Assembly (NCBI GenBank): GCA_023430625.1
Contig: JAEZAA010000175.1
Span: forward strand, 3,123-67,122
Source: Pseudomonadota bacterium
GTDB taxonomy: Bacteria > Pseudomonadota > Gammaproteobacteria > Pseudomonadales > Oleiphilaceae
Reading direction: 5' to 3'
DNA: 64,000 nucleotides
Positions 1 to 11,355 of this stretch are shown here, in pieces; the stretch's first letter is position 1, and every line of letters begins with the position of its first letter. Under the pieces are notes generated by a model that searched no databases, was not told the origin of the DNA, and saw only the letters and a program-made list of their open reading frames with translations. The translations under genes and the position numbers were made by a program.

Positions 1-1566
1 ATGGAGGTTCAGTTCAATTTCAACATCTTCAATCTCAAGCTGCCCAGCCCTGAACTGGAACCGCTGCTCCAGGATTTCCAGATCATCGATCAGCGCCAGC
101 GTTACAACATGCAAAGCATCAATGGCAAGAACCATGCGACTGTGACCTGGGTTTACACCCTGATGCCGAAGCGTAGCGGCACCTTGCAGATTCCCTCGCT
201 GAAGTTCAAGGATGCCGTGTCCGAGCCCATCGAGGTCGAGGTCAGCCCACGGGCAGCCAATACCGGCACTCCGGATGCGGTGTTTCTGAAAGCGGAGATC
301 AATCAGGAATCGGCGTTCGTTCAGGAGCAGTTGATCTACAGCCTGAAACTGCACTACCAGGACACTCTGCTCAATGGCGACCTGACTGAACCCGAGATCG
401 CCAATGCGGTCATCAAACCTCTGGAAAAACAGAAGGAATACAGCCAGATCATCGATGGCCGCCGCTATGACATCATCGAGCGTCGCTACGCCATCTTTCC
501 CCAGAGCAGCGGCACCTTGCGGATCGACCCGCAGCAGTTCAGCGGCAGCATGTTCGATGTACGCCGCCGCGACCGGCGGTATGTCCAGGTCATGTCGGAC
601 CCCATAGAAATCGAGGTCAAGGCACCACCCGTCACTGCCAACCAGGCCTGGCTGCCCGCCATGAGCCTGTCATTGACCGAACACTGGAGCCGAACACCGG
701 ACGATATCGAGGTGGGTGATTCCTTGACCCGCACCCTGACCATCAAGGCACTTGGTCTGGAAGGATCCCAGCTCCCGCCCCTCACCGAAGCGAATGTCCC
801 CCAGATCAAGCTCTACCCGGAACAGCCCCAGATCAGCACCGAAACCCACGCCGACGGCGTCACCGGCACCCGGATTCAGCGCACCGCGGTGGTGGCCGTT
901 AAGGGTGGCGAGGTGCAACTGCCGGAAATTCGCCTACCCTGGTGGGACACCCTCAATCAGCAATGGCGGGAAGCCGTGGTGCCGGCGCGCACGCTGAAAA
1001 TCAACAGCGGCGTCGCCACGCCCGAGCCGCCCGCGTCCGAACCCGCTCCGGCCCCGGCAGAGCAACCAGCACCGACGCCGGAAACCAGCACGGCAGGCCA
1101 GGATGATCGCAGCTACTTCTGGCCCCTCCTGAGCCTGGCCCTGGTATTAGGCTGGGGTCTGACCACCTGGCTGTTGATTCAACGCCGCAAACAGAATCCC
1201 GGACGCCCCGCAACGCCTGCGGCAAACCGGTCCCGCTCCTTGGAAGAAGCTGCTTATGCCGAACTGGAGCAGGCCGCCAGCAGCGACTGGCATCAGGTTC
1301 GCCCCCTGCTGCTGAACTGGGCACGTGCCCGCTGGCCACAGCAACCGATTCATGCCCTGGCGGATCTGCTGCAACAGGCCCAGTCGCCCGCGCTGACACA
1401 GGCCCTGCAGGCCCTGGAAGCACAGCACTACAGCGCCCAGCGGGACGGACAGGGTGATCGCGACAACCTGCGCATCCTGCTCGACGAAGTTCGCAAGCTT
1501 CGCCCACAAGCCGCCGCTCAGGCTAACAACGAAGTGCTGGCCGAACTCTATCCGTCTGGATCCTGA
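1..1566 (+). CDS. BatD-like (Bat/aerotolerance operon) membrane protein, 5' end probably outside the window
   Basis: Frame is open from base 1 to the stop at 1564-1566. There is no signal peptide at the first Met. A Pro/Ala-rich linker is followed by a single C-terminal TM helix (YFWPLLSLALVLGWGLTTWLLI) and then RRKQ. The family call comes from recalled architecture, not a search. Confidence 0.55.
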   Translation: MEVQFNFNIFNLKLPSPELEPLLQDFQIIDQRQRYNMQSINGKNHATVTWVYTLMPKRSGTLQIPSLKFKDAVSEPIEVEVSPRAANTGTPDAVFLKAEINQESAFVQEQLIYSLKLHYQDTLLNGDLTEPEIANAVIKPLEKQKEYSQIIDGRRYDIIERRYAIFPQSSGTLRIDPQQFSGSMFDVRRRDRRYVQVMSDPIEIEVKAPPVTANQAWLPAMSLSLTEHWSRTPDDIEVGDSLTRTLTIKALGLEGSQLPPLTEANVPQIKLYPEQPQISTETHADGVTGTRIQRTAVVAVKGGEVQLPEIRLPWWDTLNQQWREAVVPARTLKINSGVATPEPPASEPAPAPAEQPAPTPETSTAGQDDRSYFWPLLSLALVLGWGLTTWLLIQRRKQNPGRPATPAANRSRSLEEAAYAELEQAASSDWHQVRPLLLNWARARWPQQPIHALADLLQQAQSPALTQALQALEAQHYSAQRDGQGDRDNLRILLDEVRKLRPQAAAQANNEVLAELYPSGS

Positions 1567-1585
1567 ACAACCGCAGCGGAAATGA

Positions 1586-1619
1586 AAACGGCCGGTCTCT
1601 TGTGGAGGCCGGCCGTTTC
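1586..1619. terminator. Bidirectional hairpin terminator between convergent genes
   Basis: AAACGGCCGGTCTC / GAGGCCGGCCGTTT forms a 14-bp stem with one G-T pair. It is flanked by an A-run and a T-run, between the stops at 1566 (+) and 1649 (-). Confidence 0.75.
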
Positions 1620-1648
1620 AAATATCCAGGAAATAGGCTGCAACTGAA

Positions 1649-1849
1649 CTAGACGTTCAGAACTTCCACAATCACCGTCTTGATGATGAAGCCCGCGCAA
1701 CCCAGTCCCAGGGCGAAAAACAGGATGGCAGTGCCGAAGCGACCGGCCTTGGATTTCTTGGCCAGGTCATAAACGATGAAGCCCATGAACGCGATCAGGC
1801 CTGTGATCAGAATGGTCAAAGACAAAGTCTCGAAGGTTTCGATGCTCAT
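1649..1849 (-). CDS. Small two-TM membrane protein (DUF2788-like)
   Basis: Start trimmed to MSIETFETL at 1849, preceded by GGGAGGA with good spacing. The 66-aa product is hydrophobic with a central KKSKAGRFG loop. Confidence 0.6.
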   Translation of the reverse strand: MSIETFETLSLTILITGLIAFMGFIVYDLAKKSKAGRFGTAILFFALGLGCAGFIIKTVIVEVLNV

Positions 1850-1964
1850 TATATCCTCCCACAAAGGTCGGGTATTATAAGCAGCTCTTATCCCCATGGA
1901 AATCGGCATTTGCCTTTATGAAAACCAGCCACTCCATACCGAATGCGATTACAAGGCGGTGCCG

Positions 1965-2441
1965 ATGAGCAGTCCCAACGAAAAGCTATACGATCTTCTT
2001 CAGCAACAGGCGCCGGGCTCCGTCCTGCTCATCGGCCGTTCGCCGGTGCCCGCCCTTGCGACCTACTGCGAGCAGCAGTCCTGCAAGGTCACGCGCAGTG
2101 AGGCAATTACCCCAGATGAGGTCGGCACCCTGGCGCACCATGACCTGATTCTGGTGGCGGACTGCCTCGAACATTGCCCGCCATCCGAGGGGCGCCTGCT
2201 GCTTGGCGCCCTGCGCAATCGCTTGAACCCGCGCATTCTGGTGGCGGTGGACGAACAGCGCGCAGGCTGGGGCTTCACCGATTTCCTCGGGCTCGGCTTT
2301 CGCCGTGAAGCACATTTCGCCCAAGCTGGCCAAAGTCTCAGCCTCTATGGCTATGACCTGGCCAACTACAACCACAAGCGGTCATGGAACACGCCGGAGA
2401 ACTGGGCGAACCCCGAGAACTGGGGCAAGTTCTGGTGGTAG
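1965..2441 (+). CDS. Conserved hypothetical protein, methyltransferase-like remnant motifs (DUF6231-like)
   Basis: Contains VLLIGRSP and DLILVADCLEH segments resembling class I MTase motifs, with a Trp-rich C-terminus NPENWGKFWW. I prefer the start at 1965 (MSSPNEK), which has an AAGG upstream. The alternative start at 1896 has no SD. Confidence 0.5.
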   Translation: MSSPNEKLYDLLQQQAPGSVLLIGRSPVPALATYCEQQSCKVTRSEAITPDEVGTLAHHDLILVADCLEHCPPSEGRLLLGALRNRLNPRILVAVDEQRAGWGFTDFLGLGFRREAHFAQAGQSLSLYGYDLANYNHKRSWNTPENWANPENWGKFWW

Positions 2442-2455
2442 TGCGGCGCGCGAAC

Positions 2456-3175
2456 CTAGACCCGCGCAGCGAATTGAGCGAAACGCGCCAACAAGCTCGT
2501 TGCCTCCGGCGCTTCCCGCACGGCATTCAGTAAGGCCTCGGGATCCGTCCCTTCCTGCTCCAGTTGGTTGCGGAAATGCGCCAGGTAGGACGCCATGATC
2601 TCGGCATCAAACTCCGGGTGAAACTGTACACCCCAGGCCCGCTCCCCAATCCGGAAGGCCTGATGGGGCTCATAAGCATTACTTGCCAGCAGAACCGCCT
2701 GCTCCGGCAGCCGCAAAACCGACTGGGCATGGGTCAAGTGCGCGACGAAGCGCGACGGCATCCCGCCGAACAGGCTGTCATCCGAGGCCGCGTCCTGTAA
2801 CTGCACCTCATGGGTGCCTATCTCGCGCCCTTTGGGGTGGTATCCCACTTCCCCACCAAACGCATGCGCCAGGAGTTGATGCCCGTAGCAGACACCGAGC
2901 ATGGGCAGGCCTGCTTCGGCCGCATCGCGCAACCAATGCGCCAAGGCCTCGCTCCAGGGCTCACGATCCGTCACCATGGCCGGCGAGCCCGTCACCACCA
3001 CCGCCTTGTAATCATCCGCGTTCGGCAACCGGTCGGTACCATTCGCAACCCAGACCTCGGCCGCCACCCCAAGTTGGCGGAAGCGCTCGAGAAACCAGTC
3101 GTCGAAGTCGCCACGCTTTTCCCGGATCGCGCTGAATGTACTACCGGTTCTGGCAATCAGAAGAGGCTTGGGCAT
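2456..3175 (-). CDS. Class I glutamine amidotransferase (GMP-synthase-like GATase domain protein)
   Basis: GVCYGHQLLA nucleophile-elbow motif and a QFHPE motif. Start trimmed to MPKPLLIART at 3175. Confidence 0.8.
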   Translation of the reverse strand: MPKPLLIARTGSTFSAIREKRGDFDDWFLERFRQLGVAAEVWVANGTDRLPNADDYKAVVVTGSPAMVTDREPWSEALAHWLRDAAEAGLPMLGVCYGHQLLAHAFGGEVGYHPKGREIGTHEVQLQDAASDDSLFGGMPSRFVAHLTHAQSVLRLPEQAVLLASNAYEPHQAFRIGERAWGVQFHPEFDAEIMASYLAHFRNQLEQEGTDPEALLNAVREAPEATSLLARFAQFAARV

Positions 3176-3368
3176 GGATGGTAACTCCTGAAGTTCAACA
3201 TGGTTTATACAACGGACGTTTGGCGGATAGCACCCCTGCCGCTTGTGATCTGGGCAGGCGCCGGTATGATTGGGCCAAAGGTCCATCCTCAGGTCAAGCC
3301 GGTCACGCAAAATCCTGTCACGACGACTGGGCCGAGCCTGAACAGCACGCAATCAGGGAGCGATAACG

Positions 3369-3644
3369 ATGGCAACATCAATCTGCATGAAGGCCTGGGT
3401 CTCCGGGCAGGTTCAGGGTGTATCCTTTCGCGCCTACACCGCGCGCCAAGCTCAGCTCCTGGGTGTCACAGGATATGCCCACAATCTACCCGATGGCCGG
3501 GTCGAGGTTCTGGCCTGTGGTGACAAAGAAAAAGTAGCGCAACTCATTGCCTGGCTTCAGCAGGGCTCGCCTCGCTCCCAGGTACAGGACGTCATCAGCG
3601 AACCAGAAGCCTGGCAGGCACTGGACTCATTCACGACCGGCTGA
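3369..3644 (+). CDS. acyP: Acylphosphatase
   Basis: 91 aa with the VxGxVQGVxFR signature (VSGQVQGVSFRAYT) and GYAHNLPDGRVEV. Confidence 0.85.
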   Translation: MATSICMKAWVSGQVQGVSFRAYTARQAQLLGVTGYAHNLPDGRVEVLACGDKEKVAQLIAWLQQGSPRSQVQDVISEPEAWQALDSFTTG

Positions 3645-3770
3645 GCCGTCCAGGGCGGTAATGGCCGGCGTCATCGATGGCCATGGCAGTACAAGTACGC
3701 CCCATTTTGTCTCCCAAATCCGCCGTAAACCCCATGCGCAGCGCCCTGGGCCTTTACTTGTCCGAAAACA

Positions 3771-3805
3771 CTGTATATATTCCCATTATCTGTATATACA
3801 GCCAG
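3771..3805. promoter_or_regulatory. Two tandem LexA (SOS) boxes upstream of lexA
   Basis: CTGTATATATTCCCAT (3771-3786, last triplet CAT instead of CAG) and CTGTATATACAGCCAG (3790-3805, CTG-N10-CAG). They lie 56-90 bp upstream of the lexA ATG. Confidence 0.8.
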
Positions 3806-3860
3806 ACCCTGTGCCGCGTCCGTCATCCAGGCAGCGGCACCCGACCAAAGAGACCGCTTC

Positions 3861-4463
3861 ATGATCAAACTGACCAAGCGCCAAGCGGAAGTACTGGATC
3901 TCGTAAAACGTCACATCGATGAGACCGGCTATCCCCCAACCCGGGCCGAAATCGCAACCCATCTGGGATTCAAGTCGGCCAATGCCGCCGAAGAGCATCT
4001 CAAGGCCCTGGCCCGCAAGGGCGCCATTGAAATGGTCCCGGGCGCGTCCCGTGGTATCCGCCTGCCGGATTCCGAGATGGAAGAAGCCGGCATTCCCATC
4101 GTTGGTCAGGTTGCCGCGGGCTTCCCGATTTTGGCGCAGGAGAACATCGAAAGTTACTGCCCGGTACCCGCCACCTTCTTTACGCCGGCAGCCGATTACT
4201 TTCTCCGGGTCAAGGGACTGAGCATGAAGAACATCGGCATTCTCGACGGCGACCTGCTCGCGGTGCACCGCACGTCTCAGGCCATGAACGGCCAGATCGT
4301 GGTGGCACGGCTGCAGGACGAAGTGACGGTTAAGCGCTTCCAGAAGAATAAACATGAGGTGTTGCTGCTGCCGGAGAACGAGGATTTTGAACCCATCGTG
4401 GTAGATCTGCGGGAGCAGGAACTACACATCGAAGGTCTGGGCGTAGGCGTCATTCGCCGTTAA
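3861..4463 (+). CDS. lexA: LexA repressor
   Basis: N-terminal winged-helix region ([12 protein letters not shown]...[10 protein letters not shown]), an AG cleavage site (VAAGFP), and the S24 peptidase Ser/Lys region (GLSM...VKRF). Confidence 0.95.
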   Translation: MIKLTKRQAEVLDLVKRHIDETGYPPTRAEIATHLGFKSANAAEEHLKALARKGAIEMVPGASRGIRLPDSEMEEAGIPIVGQVAAGFPILAQENIESYCPVPATFFTPAADYFLRVKGLSMKNIGILDGDLLAVHRTSQAMNGQIVVARLQDEVTVKRFQKNKHEVLLLPENEDFEPIVVDLREQELHIEGLGVGVIRR

Positions 4464-4652
4464 AACCGCATCCTGAACAGACAGGCTGGCGCGCTGGTAA
4501 CCGGCACGCCAGCTTGGCGATTCATTCCGATTACACGAAAACGTTGCGAAATTAAGGCTCAAAGGAAACGTCTGCTTTAAGAAAAGCAGCGCAAGCAGGA
4601 AAAGGGCGCAAGTCCGACACTTGGACCGCCACCCCCAGGGCCAACGGCGGAA

Positions 4653-4919
4653 TCAGTGGATGGTGTGTCCTCCACCGGCGGTACTGTTCTGCAACATGCT
4701 TTCCAGCTCTTCCTCCAGCTCCGTGCTATTGAGGTTGGATACGGCCTGAATGGCCGCACTGACCATGGCACGCACAACGGTCGTGCTATGTTGCTGCAAC
4801 ACATCCTGCGCCTCCTTGGAAAAACTGATGCGTACCAGGGAGTCGCCCTCGCCGTCCGAGCGCTGCAATGCATATTCCCCATTTGCCAGCTGTACGATTT
4901 CAAGATAGGAAGTCGACAT
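4653..4919 (-). CDS. Hypothetical small acidic protein (88 aa)
   Basis: GAGAGG SD 8 nt before the ATG at 4919. Codon usage resembles the neighbouring genes. No recognisable domain. Confidence 0.5.
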   Translation of the reverse strand: MSTSYLEIVQLANGEYALQRSDGEGDSLVRISFSKEAQDVLQQHSTTVVRAMVSAAIQAVSNLNSTELEEELESMLQNSTAGGGHTIH

Positions 4920-5080
4920 AGTCAGAACCTCTCTTTTGAAAAACTCAGTGATTCACCCCGGAGCTGGCTCGATCCTGATCCAGCGCTCGATTGCGGCTTC
5001 CATATCCTCCGTTACCGGCGAACGCTGCCAAGCCAGGGTGACGAGTGGACGGCAGCACAGCCCGCCCTGCGTAAATTGGC

Positions 5081-5605
5081 TTACCATTCATGGGTTCGAT
5101 CCCTGAATGCGGTCACGTATTCCTTCAAGTCCTGCAGCAGGAGTCGGCTACGGGTCTCGTTGTGGTCAGAGTGGGAAAGGATCAGGCCTGGCTCATTCCC
5201 GGCCTGGACTGGCGCACCCTTCGGCTTGGGCCTCGTGGTTGCCTCATAATCGCGAAGCAGCAAACGCACCCAGCTTTGGGGGTCTTCGTAAAGGGCCAGC
5301 AAAGGCGCCACTTCCGATGTCGAGCCGCCTAATGCCTGTTCAAGATCCGCCAGGCTCTGAAGCCGGACGTTTTTGAGACTGAAGGACTCGCCGATTTCGT
5401 TCAGTAACCCAACCCAGGCCTGCTGCATCAGCAGCACACTCGCCTGGCGGGTGCTCTCCCTCTGCGGCGCCTTGTCCGCGAGTTCTGGCGACTCCATCAG
5501 ATCCAGCTGCAGTTTCGCCAGGAAAAGCTTTTCGTTGGTGTACGGTACCCAGGTTCCGGACATAACTAGCCTCAAATGCTGGCGAACATTATCCTGCTCG
5601 TTCAC
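5081..5605 (-). CDS. Conserved hypothetical protein (174 aa, possibly DUF6586-like)
   Basis: Long ORF co-oriented with the 88-aa gene. An alternative start is at 5563 (MSGTWVPY). No catalytic motif recognised. Confidence 0.55.
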   Translation of the reverse strand: MNEQDNVRQHLRLVMSGTWVPYTNEKLFLAKLQLDLMESPELADKAPQRESTRQASVLLMQQAWVGLLNEIGESFSLKNVRLQSLADLEQALGGSTSEVAPLLALYEDPQSWVRLLLRDYEATTRPKPKGAPVQAGNEPGLILSHSDHNETRSRLLLQDLKEYVTAFRDRTHEW

Positions 5606-5742
5606 GCCTCGCCCTAATCGGCTCTGACGCGAAAAACTAGATCTAATGTAAAGTCTATCGACGTGTTATGAAAACATCTTGGATGATAATCCAGCCGGCC
5701 GCAACCTGAATCTCTGACCGGCGCGCCTTCGTCTGCAGACAC

Positions 5743-5769
5743 AAAGGGCGGCCTTCACGACCGCCCCTT
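5743..5769 (-). terminator. Probable htpG terminator hairpin
   Basis: GGGCGG / CCGCCC stem with a T-rich tail on the minus strand, 64-90 bp downstream of the htpG stop. Confidence 0.5.
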
Positions 5770-5832
5770 GGGATTTCAGCGGAAATTGCGGCGCGCCGAT
5801 TGCGCACCTGGATCTCCGTTGAACGACTGGCT

Positions 5833-7749
<1,917 letters not shown>

Positions 7750-7843
7750 TGTGCGCATAACTCCTGACAAAGCATGGATCGATCAGGCAGGTTCCAGACA
7801 CTCGGTGTGAAACCTGCGGATTGGATTCAAGAATGTGCAGAAG

Positions 7844-7870
7844 AAATGGGGCCGACGGCGGGAATTTCAA
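7844..7870 (-). promoter_or_regulatory. Sigma32 (RpoH)-type heat-shock promoter of htpG
   Basis: The minus strand reads TTGAAA-N13-CCCCATTT, matching the CTTGAAA / CCCCATNT consensus. It lies about 95-120 bp upstream of the htpG start. Confidence 0.75.
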
Positions 7871-7923
7871 CAGGCGCCGGAAGCAAAAACGACAATCAGT
7901 GAGAGCTGACTGACATTCAGGGT

Positions 7924-8358
7924 TCAGTCGCCGAGCAGAAAGTGGCCTCGTCCCAACGCGATCGGCTCCTGCCGGGACTTTTGCCAGGCAGTGATCATGA
8001 CATTGGCAACCCGGCTACCTTGGCGGGTCACCCGACACTCCGCATAGGTTTCGCGATGCAGACCGGCGCGCAGGTAATCAATGGAGAAGTCGACGATCCG
8101 TGGCAGGCGTGGCGCCTCGTTGAACATGATCAAATGCAGCGACGCCGACAGCTCCACGAAGCCGCCAATCACACCGCCATGAATGGCCGGCAGGATCGGG
8201 TTGCCCAGGTTTGCGTCGTTTTTCGGCAGAATAAAGATCACGTCGCTGCCAAACCGGCGGCATTCCAACCCAAGATGCTTGGCATAGGGAATCTGCTCGA
8301 TCAGTTCCCGGTAATCCGCCGATTGATGGGCCGTACGTACGATGTCCTGCAGGGTCAT
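7924..8358 (-). CDS. PaaI-family hotdog-fold thioesterase
   Basis: 144 aa with HGGVIGGFVE in the position typical of PaaI/YbdB thioesterases. Confidence 0.8.
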   Translation of the reverse strand: MTLQDIVRTAHQSADYRELIEQIPYAKHLGLECRRFGSDVIFILPKNDANLGNPILPAIHGGVIGGFVELSASLHLIMFNEAPRLPRIVDFSIDYLRAGLHRETYAECRVTRQGSRVANVMITAWQKSRQEPIALGRGHFLLGD

Positions 8359-8870
8359 AGCGCGCCTCCGTTGATCAGTTGGCGAAACTCCAGCGGCGTA
8401 GCTTCCTTACCGATCCGCATGAAGGTGGCGACGCATTGCGCCACCAGCTCCGTTGGATCTTCCTGATAAGCGGCACAGCGCATGAAGACGATATTGGAGG
8501 TTACCCGGTAACAGGTGGCGCGGGCTCGAACCGCCTTGCCAGGCTGGGCGGGACGCATGTAGTCCACCCGCAGGTCCAGGGTCGGACAGAGCTCGAAATC
8601 CGGCAGCGCACAGATCACGCAGGTACCGCAGGTGGTATCCATGAGTGTGGTGATCGCCCCTCCGTGGATTACCTGGGTCTGGGGATTGCCGACAATCTTT
8701 TCCTGATATGGCAGCTCCAGAATCAGTTCACTCGGCGCCGCCGCAATGGTCGTGATGCCCAGCTCCCGGCACTGCGCCAGCGCGTTGACGAAGCGGTCGG
8801 CGCGCCCGAACAGCAGGGGATCATTGGGCGGAAATGGCGGTAACCGGTCTGGCTCGACGTTGATGGACAT
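8355..8870 (-). CDS. PaaI-family hotdog-fold thioesterase (second, longer paralogue)
   Basis: 171 aa with IHGGAITTLMD. Its stop overlaps the start of the downstream thioesterase gene by 4 bp (ATGA). Confidence 0.75.
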   Translation of the reverse strand: MSINVEPDRLPPFPPNDPLLFGRADRFVNALAQCRELGITTIAAAPSELILELPYQEKIVGNPQTQVIHGGAITTLMDTTCGTCVICALPDFELCPTLDLRVDYMRPAQPGKAVRARATCYRVTSNIVFMRCAAYQEDPTELVAQCVATFMRIGKEATPLEFRQLINGGAL

Positions 8871-9091
8871 GTCGTACGCTACCTCAGGGGAATCATTTCA
8901 ATGTTACAGGTCGCGCGGCCCAACCGGCACCCAATCGCGAACTAGATCACAAAAGTGGCCCGAATATAGCCGATGAAACCGCCAAATGCCACAGCCACTC
9001 ACTCACCTCCCCTCATCCTGTCCTCGTCTATTCAGGCAGAGATGCCTAGCCTGTTAACATAGGGCCTTCAGGATTTTCCGAGGAATCTGGA

Positions 9092-10408
9092 ATGCGCTGC
9101 CGGGTCAGACGAGCCAAGCTGTTTTCACCGTTCGCCGCTCTTATGCTCATGACTGCTCTTTTGCCGTTGCAGGGCTGCACCACCAATCCCGTGACGGGCG
9201 AGCGGCAACTGATGCTGGTCAGCCAGGCGCAGGAATATGCCATTGGCGAAGAACAATATGGTCCCGCCATCCAATCCCAGGGCGGCGAGTATTATCTGGA
9301 TCCAGCGCTCACGGCTTATATCCAGCGCGTCGGGCAGAAGCTGGCGGCGGTCAGCGACCAGCCGGAACTGCCTTATGAGTTCGTGATCATCAACAGCTCG
9401 ATTCCCAATGCCTGGGCACTGCCCTCCGGCAAGATCGCCATCAACCGCGGGCTGCTCACCGCACTCAAGGACGAAGCGCAACTGGCGGCCGTGCTGGGCC
9501 ATGAAATTGTCCATGCCGCCGCCCGTCACAGTGCCCAGCGCCTGCAGCAGGGCTTGCTGCTGAACGTGGGCCTGGCCGGTGTGGGACTGATGGTGGCCGA
9601 CAACGATTTCCGCGACATCATCCTTGGCGGCGCCAGCCTTGGCGCGGGTCTGACCCTGGCCCGGTACGGACGCGGCCATGAGCTGGAGTCCGACCACTAC
9701 GGCATGCAGTACATGGCCGCCGCCGGCTACGATCCGCAGGCCGCGGTCGAATTGCAGGAGATTTTCGTTGAGCTATCCAAGGGACATGAATCCAATTGGC
9801 TGGAAGGACTCTTTGCCTCCCACCCGCCATCGGAAGAGCGGGTTGCCAAGAACCGCCGCCATTCCAATTCGCTGTTGGTGAACCTGCCATTTCGCGGCAA
9901 GGCGGAATACGCCAAAGTTACTGCCGCTTTGCGCAAGCGGGAGCCTGCTTACAAAGCCCACGACGAAGGGGTCATCGCGCTGCAGAATGGCGATGTGGCG
10001 GCCGCGCTGGAAAAAGCCAACACGGCCATCAAGCTTGAACCGCGGGAAGCCATGTTCCACGCCCTGCGCGGTGACATCTATCGCAAACAAGGCAATGAGG
10101 CGGAAGCGCTCAAGAACTACAACCGCGCGGTTGAGCTGTATCCCGAGCACTACTCCTATCTGTTGAAACGTGGCGTAACTCAGCAGGAACTGGGCAATAA
10201 CGCGGCGGCCATGCAGGATCTGCGACAAAGCGCGGCGCTGCTGCCCACCTCCATTGCCTTCTATGCCATGGGCGAGGCCCAACTGGCCAGCAATCAGCCG
10301 CAAGAGGCCTACCAATCCTTTCGGATCGCCGGTCAGGGCGGCGGCGAGCTGGGGGTGGCAGCCCGCCAGCGGGCCACGCAACTGGCCAGCCAGCTTCGGT
10401 CACGGTAG
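9092..10408 (+). CDS. M48-family zinc metalloprotease lipoprotein with C-terminal TPR repeats
   Basis: Lipobox LPLQGC after a signal peptide. HEIVHAAARH (HExxH) motif. The C-terminal third is TPR-like (ALRGDIYRKQGNEAEALKNYNRAVELYP). Confidence 0.85.
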   Translation: MRCRVRRAKLFSPFAALMLMTALLPLQGCTTNPVTGERQLMLVSQAQEYAIGEEQYGPAIQSQGGEYYLDPALTAYIQRVGQKLAAVSDQPELPYEFVIINSSIPNAWALPSGKIAINRGLLTALKDEAQLAAVLGHEIVHAAARHSAQRLQQGLLLNVGLAGVGLMVADNDFRDIILGGASLGAGLTLARYGRGHELESDHYGMQYMAAAGYDPQAAVELQEIFVELSKGHESNWLEGLFASHPPSEERVAKNRRHSNSLLVNLPFRGKAEYAKVTAALRKREPAYKAHDEGVIALQNGDVAAALEKANTAIKLEPREAMFHALRGDIYRKQGNEAEALKNYNRAVELYPEHYSYLLKRGVTQQELGNNAAAMQDLRQSAALLPTSIAFYAMGEAQLASNQPQEAYQSFRIAGQGGGELGVAARQRATQLASQLRSR

Positions 10409-10426
10409 CCGGTCACAGGCGCAGAA

Positions 10427-11341
10427 TCAGGCCGGCACCGGCTGTGCGACAGGCCTGGTCGCCGGTGCCAGCAGCTCGGCCAGCAATGCAGCCGTTTCCT
10501 GGGGATGCTCCTGCATAAAGCAGTGGCCGCCCGCGACCTGTCTGGTGCTGATGAGCCGGTTGCGTTGCCGGGCCTGTTCCGCGGAAACCGGCACAAAGGG
10601 ATAGCTTTGTTCGCCATAGATGATGGTGACCGGCACCTTGACCCGGTCGATGGCCCGCCACAGGCCGCGAGGAAAGGAGCTGAAGATATCCGCTTCGCGG
10701 CTGGGCGGACACCGTAGCGACAGCGAGCCGTCGTCTTCCGGTTTCAGCGCATGGTCGATATAGGCCGCCAGACAATCCTCATGCCAGCCCTTGAACATGC
10801 CCCGGCCATGAAAATATTCCCAGGCGGCCTGGCGCGATGGCCACACCCGCTGCCGCTTGCGAGCGCGTGTCGCCATGCTGTTGCGCTGCCATAGCCCCAC
10901 GACATCCGATAACGCCATCACCCCGATCATGCGCCGGGTAAAGATCACTGGGTCCAGCAACACAACGCGGTCGAACAGATCCGGCCGCTGGGCCGCCATC
11001 AGTAACGTGAGCACCCCGCCAAAACTGTGGCCGAGGCCATAGATGGGCTGTGCAGGCCAGCGGTCGCGATGGGCTTCCAGGGCCTTAATCGCCAGTTCCG
11101 CGCTACGGTTCCAGCCAATGAAACGCTCGCCCACGTCGCTCAAGCCGTGTCCCTGGGCGTCGCTCAGGAACAGATCGTAATCGGCGGTCAGCTGGCGCAA
11201 CCAGGGCTCATAGACCAGGCCACAAAAGCCATTGCCATGGAGAAAATGCACCAGCGGCCGCTTCTGCGGCGGCGTGTGCAGGCCTCGTAATACCAGGCCA
11301 GGTTCTGCCGGATATTCCCAGCGACACATTTGTTCGATCAT
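10427..11341 (-). CDS. Alpha/beta hydrolase
   Basis: HGNGF oxyanion region and a GHSFGG nucleophile elbow, followed by a C-terminal His region. Confidence 0.8.
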   Translation of the reverse strand: MIEQMCRWEYPAEPGLVLRGLHTPPQKRPLVHFLHGNGFCGLVYEPWLRQLTADYDLFLSDAQGHGLSDVGERFIGWNRSAELAIKALEAHRDRWPAQPIYGLGHSFGGVLTLLMAAQRPDLFDRVVLLDPVIFTRRMIGVMALSDVVGLWQRNSMATRARKRQRVWPSRQAAWEYFHGRGMFKGWHEDCLAAYIDHALKPEDDGSLSLRCPPSREADIFSSFPRGLWRAIDRVKVPVTIIYGEQSYPFVPVSAEQARQRNRLISTRQVAGGHCFMQEHPQETAALLAELLAPATRPVAQPVPA

Positions 11342-11355
11342 CTGCTCCCCTTCAA

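Noticed and set aside
1-3. ATG at base 1 as the true start of the BatD-like gene
   Set aside because: The window starts in frame. The N-terminus lacks the signal peptide/TM expected for this family, so the gene most likely begins upstream of the window.
4953-5003. 16-aa mini-ORF (MEAAIERWIRIEPAPG) in the gap between the two unknown genes next to lexA
   Set aside because: It is too short to evaluate. The GGAGGA ends only 1 nt before the ATG, which is poor spacing. There is no other support.
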